Part shown: piece after piece, positions 53,959 through 62,890 of the stretch
Position numbering within the stretch: position 1 is the first letter of the stretch
Layout of the letters: every line of letters starts with the position of its first letter
From: an uncultured Gemmatimonadaceae bacterium
GTDB lineage: Bacteria; Gemmatimonadota; Gemmatimonadetes; Gemmatimonadales; Gemmatimonadaceae
Length of the DNA stretch: 64,000 nucleotides
Direction of reading: 5' to 3'
Assembly: GCA_963843845.1 (NCBI GenBank)
Contig: CAWJMB010000002.1
Span: 1,472,001-1,536,000 of the forward strand
The notes under the pieces: model-generated
What the model was told of the DNA's origin: nothing
Databases searched by the model: none
What the model saw: the letters and a program-made list of their open reading frames with translations, nothing else
Program-made: the position numbers and the translations under genes

Positions 53959-56900
53959 ACTGGCGCGCCTGATACGTTGCGAGGTTGTCGAGGTAGAGAG
54001 CACCGGCGGTGAGGTCCCATCCGTCGCGTCCGATCCACCGCGCTTCGCCGCTCGCAGCGACGTTGAACGGTCGGTCGCCGGTCGCACGCCCCGCCATCAG
54101 GCGACCCAGCGAGGCGTCGGCTCGCAGCGTGAGGCGTCCCGTCGCAGCCTGTGACGCGCCGAGTCGCGCGAATGCGTTGCCGAAGCGGCGCGGGCTCCAG
54201 TAGCCTCCGATCTCGTTCGAAGGCGCGGCGTTCGCGGGCCGGTTCGCATCGTACAGGAAGGACAGATACGAGACACCGAGTCCCGCGTCGATCGTCGACC
54301 CGCCGAACGAGGCCGACCGCACCACGGCGAGCGAGCCCTCGCGCCGCGCGTTCGTTCGCAGGCGCCTGCCGGTGTACGCGCCGACGTTGAACGATGCGTC
54401 GAGGCGGACGGTACCCGGCACGACAGCGATGCGTCCGCTCGCGAACAGCGAGTTCGCGCGAACCTGCCCGACGAGCACACCGTCGTCGCTCACGCCGCGA
54501 GCTGCGCGGCGCGAATCTTCGACCGCGCTGCGACGCGCGCCGACGTGCAGCGAGCCACCGTGAGACAGCGGGGTGGTCGCCGACAGCTCGCCGCTCCACG
54601 CGGTCGGCGCGTCGTCGTATCGCTCGACACCGAGCTGGCCATGCAGCGATGCAGCGCCTCGCGCGGGCACATCGATCGACGCGATGCCGGCGTGCGAGCG
54701 GAAATCGCCATTCGGCGCGCTGAACGTGGTGGGCTGCACCACGAGACCGACACGCACGGCGTTCGGCAGTGCGGCAGACGCGGTGGCCGCGAGGCGGAAG
54801 AGCTCCAGGCCCAGCGACGTGCGAACGTAGCTGACGTCGATGCCGACCGCAGGCGCCGTCGCACGTCGGACCCAGTCGCTCGCCGCCGGCGTGGACCCGC
54901 GCGGGAGCGACGCCGCGGTCGTGCGGGCCGCGCGGGCGTCACCGGCGGCGAGCAGGGCGTACGCGAGTTGCTCGCGCAACGTCGAATCCTCCGGGAACGC
55001 CGTGAGAAGCGCGCGAAGCACCGACACGGCGTCACGCGGGCGACCCGTCGCGCGCAGGAGGCTCGCGCGAACGCGCTGGAGGCTCGTGTCGGAGGGCGCC
55101 GTCGCGAGCAACGAGTCGGCGAGGCGGCGGGCCGCCGCGGTTCGCCCGCTCCAGGTGAGCACGTTCAGCCGCCCGCGTGCGGCGCGCCGATCGGTAGGGG
55201 CGAGCCGCTGGGCGCGGGCGTAGAGACGCGTCGCCTCCTCGCGCGTCTGCGGGGACCACGACAGCACGTCTCCCGCGTCGTCGAGCAGCGCGACGTCGGT
55301 CGGTGACGCGGCGACGAGGGTGCGGTAGAGCGTGATCGACTCGCGACGGGTGGCGGGAGACCAACTCAGCACGGCGGCCAGCGCGCGGCGAGCATGCTCG
55401 TCGTGCGGGTCACGTGCTACCGCAGCTCGCAGCAGCGCCGATCCCTCGTTCCGCGAGTCGACGCGCCACGTGAGAATCTCGCCGAGGGTCGTGGTCCATC
55501 GCGACGAGTCCGGCGCGAGCGCGACCGCGCGCCGGAGGTGCGCCACGCTCGAGTCGATCGCGCCGGTCCAGCCGAGCCACTGACCGAGGCGGAACAGTGC
55601 GATGGGGTCGGTCGGGAGCGCGCGCGCGAGCCGGCGCGCGTACGGCAGCGCGCGCTCCCATTCGCCCCGCCCCTCGAGGAGCGTCGTGACCTCTCGCAGC
55701 GCGGGCACGGCGAGCGAGTCGCGCCGCAGCACGTCGTCGTAGCGTGCGATGGCGACCGCGACGTCACCGCGGGCCGCAGCGGCGCGCGCCTCGGCGAGCG
55801 CATCGGCGCGTGCCGCGTCGACGTTCTGCGCGTTCGCGGACGACGTCGCGAACGTGGCGCACGCGAGCACCACCGCTGTGGCACGCGAGACGGCGCGCGC
55901 CGCGACATCGAACGCGTCCGGCTGATTCGCCGCGGTGATCGTCAGCAGGCGGCCGTGCTTCGGCGCGACGTCGAGGAACATGTGCCGCATGATCGCGTCG
56001 CCGTCCGCGGCGGTCGTGAGCAGGAACCGAATGCCGTTCGCGTAGCGCGGCCGCCCCTCGTGCACGAACCGCTCGGTCCAGGCGACCTGCCCGAACGCGA
56101 CGACCGCACGATCGGGGAGCGACAACGTGACGCGCGCGAAGGTGCCGGGATGCAGCGACTCGTCGAGTGTCACCGACAGCCCGCTCCGATTCACGTTCCG
56201 CGCGAACGTGCGTCCGCGCACCCCGGCGCGTCCGTCCGCGGTGAGACGCTGCAGGTCGAACGCGACGTCGAGGTCCAGCTCCTGCGGAAACCGATACGTC
56301 GTACGCAACTCGCGCCGCTCGAAGATGCGGCTCACGCCCGGCGCCGCGACGGCGAAATAGTAGATGCCGAAGCACGCGGTCACGATATACGCCCAGAAGC
56401 GCCCCGTGTCGCGCGTCTCGAGCGCGACGACCACGGCGTACAGCGTCGCAGCGTAGACACTGCCTAACAGCGCGACGTAGAGCCACGCCTGCCGGAAGTC
56501 GGCTGCCGGTGCCCGCGACTTCGGCGTGACGCGGAACTCGGTGTCGCGCTGGAAGTAGCCCGACATCGCGGCGAGCGTCGCGTAGATCTTCACGAAGTTG
56601 TACCGCTCCATCAGGAACGGCGTCCGCCAGCTCGACGACAGCACGGTCGCGACCGCGAGGTTCGCGAACAGGTACGGCAGGTAGTGGCTCGCGTAGTCGA
56701 ACGGCAGCGCGAGGAGCGGGAAGATGCCGGTGAACGCGGCGAACACCACGGTCAGCACGCTGACGAGTCGCACGTAGCTGAAGGCGACGTTGTACTCGTA
56801 CGATGCGAGGTACGAGAAACGCTGGGCCGGCGTCAGCCCGCGTCGGGTGAGGGGTCGCTCGAGTCGGAGCACTTGCGTGGACCCGACGCCCCACCGTCGC

Positions 56901-57907
56901 CACTGCGCGGCGTACCCGACGAAGGTCTGCGGCGCGAGTCCGCGCGCCACGCTGACGTTGTGATAGAGCACGCGCCAGCCACGCTTCTGCAGGCGCATCC
57001 CCGTATGCAGATCCTCGGTGATCGTACCGGTCGCGAAGCCGCCGATGCTATCGAGAGCGGCGCGACGCAGCATCGCGGGGCTTCCGCAGTAGATCGTCGC
57101 GTTCGCCACGTCCTTCCCGGGCTGGATGACGTTGAAGAACAGCTCCTGCATCTGCCAGCCGGTGCGTCCGCGCCAGTTCACCTCGTGCTGGAACGAATCG
57201 AGGTTGTAGCAGTCCTGATTGGCCTGGACGATCGCGACGGACGGCTCGCGGAAGAAGCCGATCAACTCGTCGACGAGTGTCGGACGCGGTACGTGGTCCG
57301 CGTCGAGCGTGACCACGAACTCGGCGCGGCTGCTCGACAGGCCGTTGTTGAGGTTCCCCGCCTTCGCGTGCTCGCGAGACGCTCGGCCGATGTACTCGCA
57401 GCCCAGGTCGCGAGCGAGCGCGGCCACCTCGGCGCGATCGCCGTCGTCGAGCAGCAGCGTGCGGTGCGGATAGGTGACCGCGAGCGCCGCGGCGATCGTG
57501 TCGCGGAGGAGCTCCCCGGGCTCGTCGTAGGTCGTGATGAAGACGTCGACGGAGCGGTCGTCGAGCGGCGGTGGCGTGCGGTAGTAGCGCTGGCGCCACG
57601 TCGTGGCGAGGAAGAACAGCGTGGACAGAAAGCCGACCGCCTCGGCGACGAGGAAGACGACGTAGAACCAGTGGTGCGCCGGGTTGTCGGTCTCGGCGAA
57701 GCGCCACCACAGGTATCGCACGCCGAACGCGCCTGCAGCGAGGGCGAGGACGCGTTGCAGGACGAGCTGCGCGCGGGGGCGTGGCAGTTCCTCGATCGCG
57801 ACCTGCGTCTCAGGCACGGGAGCCGGATCGAGCTCGGGCATCGGGCGGCGGCGAGGTGTGGGGACGTCGGCCAGCGGCACGCCGCCGAGCGCGCCGACGC
57901 GCCGCAC
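53930..57907 (-). CDS. Fused BcsA-like GT2 synthase + PilZ + TPR array + BcsC-like outer-membrane beta-barrel
   Basis: DVFITTYDE, DDG, HAKAGNLN, DADH, YCGS, TED, QWRRW, gating loop FRVTPK, PilZ RTTYR/NVNRSG; then TPRs, RRSAVEDS, GGYWSP and terminal Phe. Start may be ATG 57841. Confidence 0.85.
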   Translation of the reverse strand: MRRVGALGGVPLADVPTPRRRPMPELDPAPVPETQVAIEELPRPRAQLVLQRVLALAAGAFGVRYLWWRFAETDNPAHHWFYVVFLVAEAVGFLSTLFFLATTWRQRYYRTPPPLDDRSVDVFITTYDEPGELLRDTIAAALAVTYPHRTLLLDDGDRAEVAALARDLGCEYIGRASREHAKAGNLNNGLSSSRAEFVVTLDADHVPRPTLVDELIGFFREPSVAIVQANQDCYNLDSFQHEVNWRGRTGWQMQELFFNVIQPGKDVANATIYCGSPAMLRRAALDSIGGFATGTITEDLHTGMRLQKRGWRVLYHNVSVARGLAPQTFVGYAAQWRRWGVGSTQVLRLERPLTRRGLTPAQRFSYLASYEYNVAFSYVRLVSVLTVVFAAFTGIFPLLALPFDYASHYLPYLFANLAVATVLSSSWRTPFLMERYNFVKIYATLAAMSGYFQRDTEFRVTPKSRAPAADFRQAWLYVALLGSVYAATLYAVVVALETRDTGRFWAYIVTACFGIYYFAVAAPGVSRIFERRELRTTYRFPQELDLDVAFDLQRLTADGRAGVRGRTFARNVNRSGLSVTLDESLHPGTFARVTLSLPDRAVVAFGQVAWTERFVHEGRPRYANGIRFLLTTAADGDAIMRHMFLDVAPKHGRLLTITAANQPDAFDVAARAVSRATAVVLACATFATSSANAQNVDAARADALAEARAAAARGDVAVAIARYDDVLRRDSLAVPALREVTTLLEGRGEWERALPYARRLARALPTDPIALFRLGQWLGWTGAIDSSVAHLRRAVALAPDSSRWTTTLGEILTWRVDSRNEGSALLRAAVARDPHDEHARRALAAVLSWSPATRRESITLYRTLVAASPTDVALLDDAGDVLSWSPQTREEATRLYARAQRLAPTDRRAARGRLNVLTWSGRTAAARRLADSLLATAPSDTSLQRVRASLLRATGRPRDAVSVLRALLTAFPEDSTLREQLAYALLAAGDARAARTTAASLPRGSTPAASDWVRRATAPAVGIDVSYVRTSLGLELFRLAATASAALPNAVRVGLVVQPTTFSAPNGDFRSHAGIASIDVPARGAASLHGQLGVERYDDAPTAWSGELSATTPLSHGGSLHVGARRSAVEDSRRAARGVSDDGVLVGQVRANSLFASGRIAVVPGTVRLDASFNVGAYTGRRLRTNARREGSLAVVRSASFGGSTIDAGLGVSYLSFLYDANRPANAAPSNEIGGYWSPRRFGNAFARLGASQAATGRLTLRADASLGRLMAGRATGDRPFNVAASGEARWIGRDGWDLTAGALYLDNLATYQARQFSVGVRHAF

Positions 57908-58009
57908 GTCCCCGACGCGCGAGTGAGCCGCCCACCGGGTGACCGGCGCTGCCTAAAGTAGAGGTACGCGTCAGACGAGCCTAGAGGAGGTTGCTTCCTC
58001 TGGTGATCC

Positions 58010-60454
58010 ATGTCGTACTCGCGCGCATCGGTACCCGTCCCCTCCTCCCGTCGGTCGTCATCGTTCGCGCGCTGGGCGGTGTTCGGCGGCCTGACGCTGA
58101 CGGCGTCGTGCGACGACGGCGCGCGCATCGCCGCACCGCGCGAGGTCTCGTCGCCGACGGCGAGCGCGGTGACGCGAGAGCCCACCACGCGCTGGTCCGA
58201 TCCGGCGTCATGGCCGGGTCGTCGCGTGCCGTCGGACGGCGAGGCCGTCGTCATCGCGGCGGGGCGGACGATCGTGCTCGACACGATCTCGGCGGCCCTC
58301 GCGTCGCTGCGGATCGACGGTGCATTGGTGCTCGACGGGACACGCGTCGAGCTTCGTAGCCATTCGATCCTCGTCACAGGTGCGTTGCGCGCCGGCACCG
58401 AGCGATCGCCGATCGTCGGAGCCGTCGCGATCACCCTGCTCGGCGCCACCGAATCGGCAGACCAGGATGGCATGTCGGCGAAGGCGCTCATCGTCGCCGG
58501 CGGCCGGCTCGACCTGCACGGTTCGCGCGCGCCGGCGTGGACGCGGCTGAGTGCAACGGCGAACGCGGGCGCCGACCGGATCGCCCTCGAGCGCGACCCG
58601 CAGTGGCACGTCGGTGATCGCCTCGTCGTCGCGTCGACGGACTACGATCCGGCGCACGCGGAGGAGCGCACGATCACGCGTATCGATGGCGCGAGCGTGC
58701 ACCTCGATCGGCCGCTCGCGTACACCCACTGGGGCACGATGCAACGCTTCGGCGGCCGGCGCCTCGACGAGCGCGCCGAAGTCGGTCGCCTCTCGAGAAA
58801 CGTCGTCGTTCGTGGCGACAGCGCGTCCGAGCGCGGCGGCGTCGGCGGACATCTCATGATCCTGCCCGGGAGCACCGTGCACATATCCGACGTCGAGCTG
58901 CATCGCATGGGACAGCGCGGTCGGACGGCGCGGTATCCGATTCACTGGCATCTCGCGCGCGACGCGGCGGGAAGCTACGTGCGCCGCACGGCAGTGTGGC
59001 GCAGCTACAATCGGTGCATCACGATCCACGGCACCGACGCCGTCCGCCTCGAAGACAACGTGTGCTACGATCACGCGGGGCACGGCTTCTTCTTCGAGGA
59101 CGGCGTCGAGGAGCGCAACGTCCTCGCCGGCAACCTCGGCCTCCGCACCCGGCGTCCGTCCCCGGCGGCTCGGCTCCTCGCGTCCGACGAGCGCGCGGCC
59201 ACGTTCTGGGTCACGAATCCCAACAATGTGTTGCGCGACAACGTCGCCGCGGGGTCGGAGGGATTCGGGATCTGGTACGCGCTTCCCGAGCATCCCGGTG
59301 GTCTCTCCGCGACGACGCGTGTCTGGCCGCGGCGGATCCCGTTAGGCACCTTCGACGGGAATCGCGCGCACTCCAACATCCAGTCGGGACTCTGGGTGGA
59401 CGAGGGCGCGAATTCGGCCGGCGCCAGCGAAGTCACCGTGTACGCGCCGAGCGCGGTCGACGGAGCGCCGGCGCCAGCCGTGTTCCGCGGCTTCGTCGGA
59501 TACAAGAATCGGCAGTTCGGCGCGTGGCTTCGTGGGCGCGCGCTCCGCCTGACGGGTGCGACCCTCGGTGACAACATGGTCGGCGCCGCGTTCGCCGCGT
59601 CGGACGCGTCGCTCGACGACGCCCTCGTGGTCGGACGTAGCGCGAACGCCGAGCGAAATCCGGACGCGTGGTCGCCGACGCACGGCTTCTGGTTCTACGA
59701 CGGGCGTGTCGGTGTGCGCCACACCACGTTCGCATCCTTCGTGTCGACGCCCACCGACGCCGCGCGCGCTCTCGCGTTCTTCCCGAGCAACCCGTGGCCG
59801 ATCGACGCGACGAACTACGTCAGCGGTCTGGAATTCGTGAACGCCGAACGTGTCGCACTCGAGCGTCCGAGCCCGGCCTTCGACGGAACGAAGTCTGCGG
59901 TCATCGTCGACGAGGACGGCACGCTGAGCGGCACGGTCGGCGCGCGCGTCGTGCCGAACACGCCGTTCCTCGTCGACTCGTCGTGCATCGTCCGCGCCGA
60001 GTGGATGGCGGCAGTGTGTGCGACGCGGATGGTGCAGCTCCGTTTCCACGTCGGCGAAGGCACGCTCGGCCGCGTCGTCGTCGGTCGCGACGATGGCGCG
60101 TCGGTCGACGTCGGCCCGATCGCGTATGACCGCACGACCGCCTCGCTCACGGTTCCCGTCGGGCGCCCGCTCGAGGTGACTGCGGACGTCGCACCGAGGC
60201 GCCCGATCTCCGTCGCGGCGGTCGGTCTCGCGGACGGCGACGTGCTGGACGTGCTGCTGCCCTACGCCGCTGCGCCGTCGCGAGTCGTGCGCGTCGGCGG
60301 GAGCGACGGCGGAAGCACGGTCGTCCCGATCGTCGCAGCCGCTGTCGCAGCGCAGTGCCGCGACTGCGCGTCGTACGACGCGTCGCAGGGGCGCCTGCGC
60401 GTCCGGCTGGCGCGTCTGCGCGGCGTCGATCCGGCTGTGATCGTCGTTCCATGA
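58010..60454 (+). CDS. G8-domain / parallel beta-helix protein (TMEM2/CEMIP/fibrocystin-like), probable lipoprotein
   Basis: LTASC after a hydrophobic stretch; WSDPASW, ERAEVGRLSRN, MGQ...RYPIHWH, RCITIHGT, GHGFFFEDG.E..N, FWVTNPNN...NVAAGS, F.GN.AHSN. Confidence 0.85.
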   Translation: MSYSRASVPVPSSRRSSSFARWAVFGGLTLTASCDDGARIAAPREVSSPTASAVTREPTTRWSDPASWPGRRVPSDGEAVVIAAGRTIVLDTISAALASLRIDGALVLDGTRVELRSHSILVTGALRAGTERSPIVGAVAITLLGATESADQDGMSAKALIVAGGRLDLHGSRAPAWTRLSATANAGADRIALERDPQWHVGDRLVVASTDYDPAHAEERTITRIDGASVHLDRPLAYTHWGTMQRFGGRRLDERAEVGRLSRNVVVRGDSASERGGVGGHLMILPGSTVHISDVELHRMGQRGRTARYPIHWHLARDAAGSYVRRTAVWRSYNRCITIHGTDAVRLEDNVCYDHAGHGFFFEDGVEERNVLAGNLGLRTRRPSPAARLLASDERAATFWVTNPNNVLRDNVAAGSEGFGIWYALPEHPGGLSATTRVWPRRIPLGTFDGNRAHSNIQSGLWVDEGANSAGASEVTVYAPSAVDGAPAPAVFRGFVGYKNRQFGAWLRGRALRLTGATLGDNMVGAAFAASDASLDDALVVGRSANAERNPDAWSPTHGFWFYDGRVGVRHTTFASFVSTPTDAARALAFFPSNPWPIDATNYVSGLEFVNAERVALERPSPAFDGTKSAVIVDEDGTLSGTVGARVVPNTPFLVDSSCIVRAEWMAAVCATRMVQLRFHVGEGTLGRVVVGRDDGASVDVGPIAYDRTTASLTVPVGRPLEVTADVAPRRPISVAAVGLADGDVLDVLLPYAAAPSRVVRVGGSDGGSTVVPIVAAAVAAQCRDCASYDASQGRLRVRLARLRGVDPAVIVVP

Positions 60455-60488
60455 CGCGTCACGGGACGACGCCCGCGGCCCCGCGCCC

Positions 60489-61802
60489 TCATGGGGTGAG
60501 GCGAATCAGCTCGGTGTCGAAGTGCGGGAGCAGCGCGTTGATCGCGATGACGAAGTCCTCGACGGGGAGCGCGGACGTGGTGGCGATGCGTACGCGCTGG
60601 CGGCAGTCGAGGCGGCGCGCCGTGCGCTGCTCGCGCGACAGCGCGCGAAGGACCGTGGCGATGGGCCCGATCGAGTCGCCGATCTGGTAGCGATCGCGGG
60701 CGAGCACGCGCACGTCCGCGACGGCGCCGCGCGCGGCACGGAGCTCGATGCACGACGGGGTCTGCGTCGACCGCGCACTCTCACGACGCCCTGCCGGTCC
60801 CGCCCCCGTCCCGGCTGCGACACCGGAAAGTCCGGGCGGCGGCGCAGCGGCGCCGCCAGCGAGCGCACCGCCGATCGCACCCGGCACACCAGGAGTTCCG
60901 GACGGCGTCGGGTAGGTGAGGACGAGCGCACCAGACGCGGTGGGGCTGGTGGGCGCCGCTCGCGGCGCGAGCGTGACTCGCGCCGGTGGCATCGTCGCCG
61001 GGCCAGCGTCGGACACCGCGGCCGTCGGTCCGGCGTCGGGCACCGCAGCCATGCCGGTCGCTCTGCCCCCCGTGCCTGCGAGTCCGGGTACGCTGCCCGG
61101 TCCGAGGGCGGCTCGGCTCGGAGGTGCGACGGCCGCGAGAGTTCGCGACACGGTCAGCGGAACCGCGTTTCGCGTCTCGAGCACGGCCGCAGTCGCCTGC
61201 GCGAGCAGCCGGCGCGTAGAATCCGTTCGGCGCTGCACGGCGGCCAGCTGCGCGGCTGCATCGTCACGTTCCATCGCCGCCACGGCCAGCTGGCGTTCGA
61301 CCGCGAGCACGGCCGGCCGGGCGGCAAGCGGGGTGGGCGGCAGGGCGCCGCTCCCTCGGATCGGCGCTCCTCCAGGTGCTCCGGCCGGTGCGCTGCCGCC
61401 TGGTGTCGGGCTGACCGGCAGCGGCGTCGCCGGCCGGATCGCACCCGAACGCCCTGCCGGAATCGGCCGGAGAAGGTCGCGTTGGCGCTCGAACGCCGCG
61501 ACGCGAGCGGAGAGGACGCTGTCGCGGAGAAACGCCGCCCGAAGGGCTCGCTGCAGCGAATCGATCTGCCGTGACAGTGCGACGAGCTCGGCGAGCTTCG
61601 GATCGGCCTGCAACGTCGAGTCTGTCCCGGCGCCTTGGGCAGGTCGTGCCGTCGACAGACTCGCCTCGCGCCCGAGGAGATTGAGACCGAGGAAGAGCAC
61701 CGCGAGGAACAACCCGAGCTCGGCCTCGGTGAAGCCGATGATCGACTGGCCGGTCCGCTGGCGGGTCCGGCCACGCCCTCTCCGCGGCGGCGGTGCGGTC
61801 AC
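60489..61802 (-). CDS. Single-TM protein with coiled coils, Pro/Ala linker and small C-terminal domain (ExbD/MotB-like partner?)
   Basis: N-terminal TM GFTEAELGLFLAVLFLGL; start overlaps upstream stop; C-terminal Cys-pair domain ending VRIATTSALPVEDFVIAINAL. Confidence 0.5.
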   Translation of the reverse strand: MTAPPPRRGRGRTRQRTGQSIIGFTEAELGLFLAVLFLGLNLLGREASLSTARPAQGAGTDSTLQADPKLAELVALSRQIDSLQRALRAAFLRDSVLSARVAAFERQRDLLRPIPAGRSGAIRPATPLPVSPTPGGSAPAGAPGGAPIRGSGALPPTPLAARPAVLAVERQLAVAAMERDDAAAQLAAVQRRTDSTRRLLAQATAAVLETRNAVPLTVSRTLAAVAPPSRAALGPGSVPGLAGTGGRATGMAAVPDAGPTAAVSDAGPATMPPARVTLAPRAAPTSPTASGALVLTYPTPSGTPGVPGAIGGALAGGAAAPPPGLSGVAAGTGAGPAGRRESARSTQTPSCIELRAARGAVADVRVLARDRYQIGDSIGPIATVLRALSREQRTARRLDCRQRVRIATTSALPVEDFVIAINALLPHFDTELIRLTP

Positions 61803-62722
61803 TCTGGTCGGGGTGTGGCGGAGAGGACCGCCGGCGTCGCGTCCCCGTCGCCGCTCTCCGCGGACCTCTCCGCGGACCTCTCCGCGGACCTCTCCGCGGT
61901 CGTCTCCACGGTCGTCTCACGGCGCTCGGCGGTGCGCCACGCCTCGTCGAGGGCGCGTGCGTCGTCGGAGGTGGCGGTCCCCGGCCGGGCGACGATCGAC
62001 GACTCGTCTGCCCGAGCGGCGGCCCGCTGGGAGGCCCGTTCCGGAGCCTCGCGCGCCGGCGCCGTGGTCACGGGCGACGTCGCGGCAGCCGCGGCAGCCG
62101 CGGCCAGCCGGCGCTCCAGCGAGTCGAGCCGTGCGGTCCGTTCCCTCGCCTCGGCCGACAGCTCGCGGAAGAACTCCTGACGCGCGAGTTCGAACGCTAC
62201 CGCGTGGCTCGTGATCGCGGCGCTCAGCTCGGCCAGGCGGTCGTCCTCCTCGGGTGGAAGGTCCGGGACGAGGAGGAGCAGCGCCTGCCGCGTGAACAGG
62301 CCGACGATCGTGGAGAGGACGGCGCCGCCGACTTCCCGGGTCAGGAGCGCCGGGTTCCGCCCGAACAGCGCGAAGTTGAACGAGACGTCGTTGAACAGCT
62401 TGAAGAGGCCGACCATCGTGAGCAGGAAGCCCAGGAAGTACGGCGAATCGCGCAGGCTGTCGCTCGACGACGTCGCGATGAGATCGCGGTTGCCGAGCAG
62501 GTAGATCCCGAAGACGACGATCGGAATCGACGGAAGGTACGGAGCCCCGATCTCGGCGAACAACGCCCAGATGCTCGCTGCGAGCGCGACGGTGAAAGCG
62601 GCGAACGCGCGGTGCGTGAACTCCGATCCCACGACGGTAGCGGGCACGATTGGGGGAAGCGGCGGAACCGGCAGCGGTTGCCGCCTCCCGCTCAAGGTCA
62701 CGCGGCGGTTCGACCGACGCAA
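61799..62722 (-). CDS. MotA/TolQ/ExbB-like multi-TM protein with helical tail
   Basis: Four TM segments incl. DSPYFLGFLLTMVGL and GGAVLSTIVGLFTR, resembling the MotA/ExbB channel helix pair. Confidence 0.55.
   Translation of the reverse strand: MRRSNRRVTLSGRRQPLPVPPLPPIVPATVVGSEFTHRAFAAFTVALAASIWALFAEIGAPYLPSIPIVVFGIYLLGNRDLIATSSSDSLRDSPYFLGFLLTMVGLFKLFNDVSFNFALFGRNPALLTREVGGAVLSTIVGLFTRQALLLLVPDLPPEEDDRLAELSAAITSHAVAFELARQEFFRELSAEARERTARLDSLERRLAAAAAAAATSPVTTAPAREAPERASQRAAARADESSIVARPGTATSDDARALDEAWRTAERRETTVETTAERSAERSAERSAESGDGDATPAVLSATPRPE
61854..61901. repeat. In-frame 12-bp tandem repeat CTCTCCGCGGAC x4 (encodes AERS repeats)
   Basis: Read directly; last copy has one mismatch. Confidence 0.9.
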
Positions 62723-62862
62723 CCTGACGCGCGAACCAATGCCCGATCACAGACGGATGGGGGGGTGACGGCGGTCACACCCCGCATCAGATGCGCGGGG
62801 TGGACGGCTGACGTGGAGGTCCGGTAAGTTTCGCTCCCTGAACGACCTACGTCCTCATCCCC

Positions 62863-62890
62863 TTGACCCCGGGGGGAGGAACGTTACTTT
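62863..62890 (+). promoter_or_regulatory. Sigma70-type promoter of fusA
   Basis: TTGACC-16 nt-TACTTT; same -35 hexamer as the rpsL and tRNA-Tyr promoters. Confidence 0.55.

Noticed and set aside
61854..61901. Phase-variation switch at the 12-bp repeat
   Set aside because: The unit length is a multiple of 3 and lies in a low-complexity C-terminal tail, so copy changes would not shift the frame.
60489..62722. Zorya anti-phage system (ZorAB)
   Set aside because: The partner lacks an OmpA-like domain, the tail of the A-like protein is short, and no zorC/D/E genes are adjacent.
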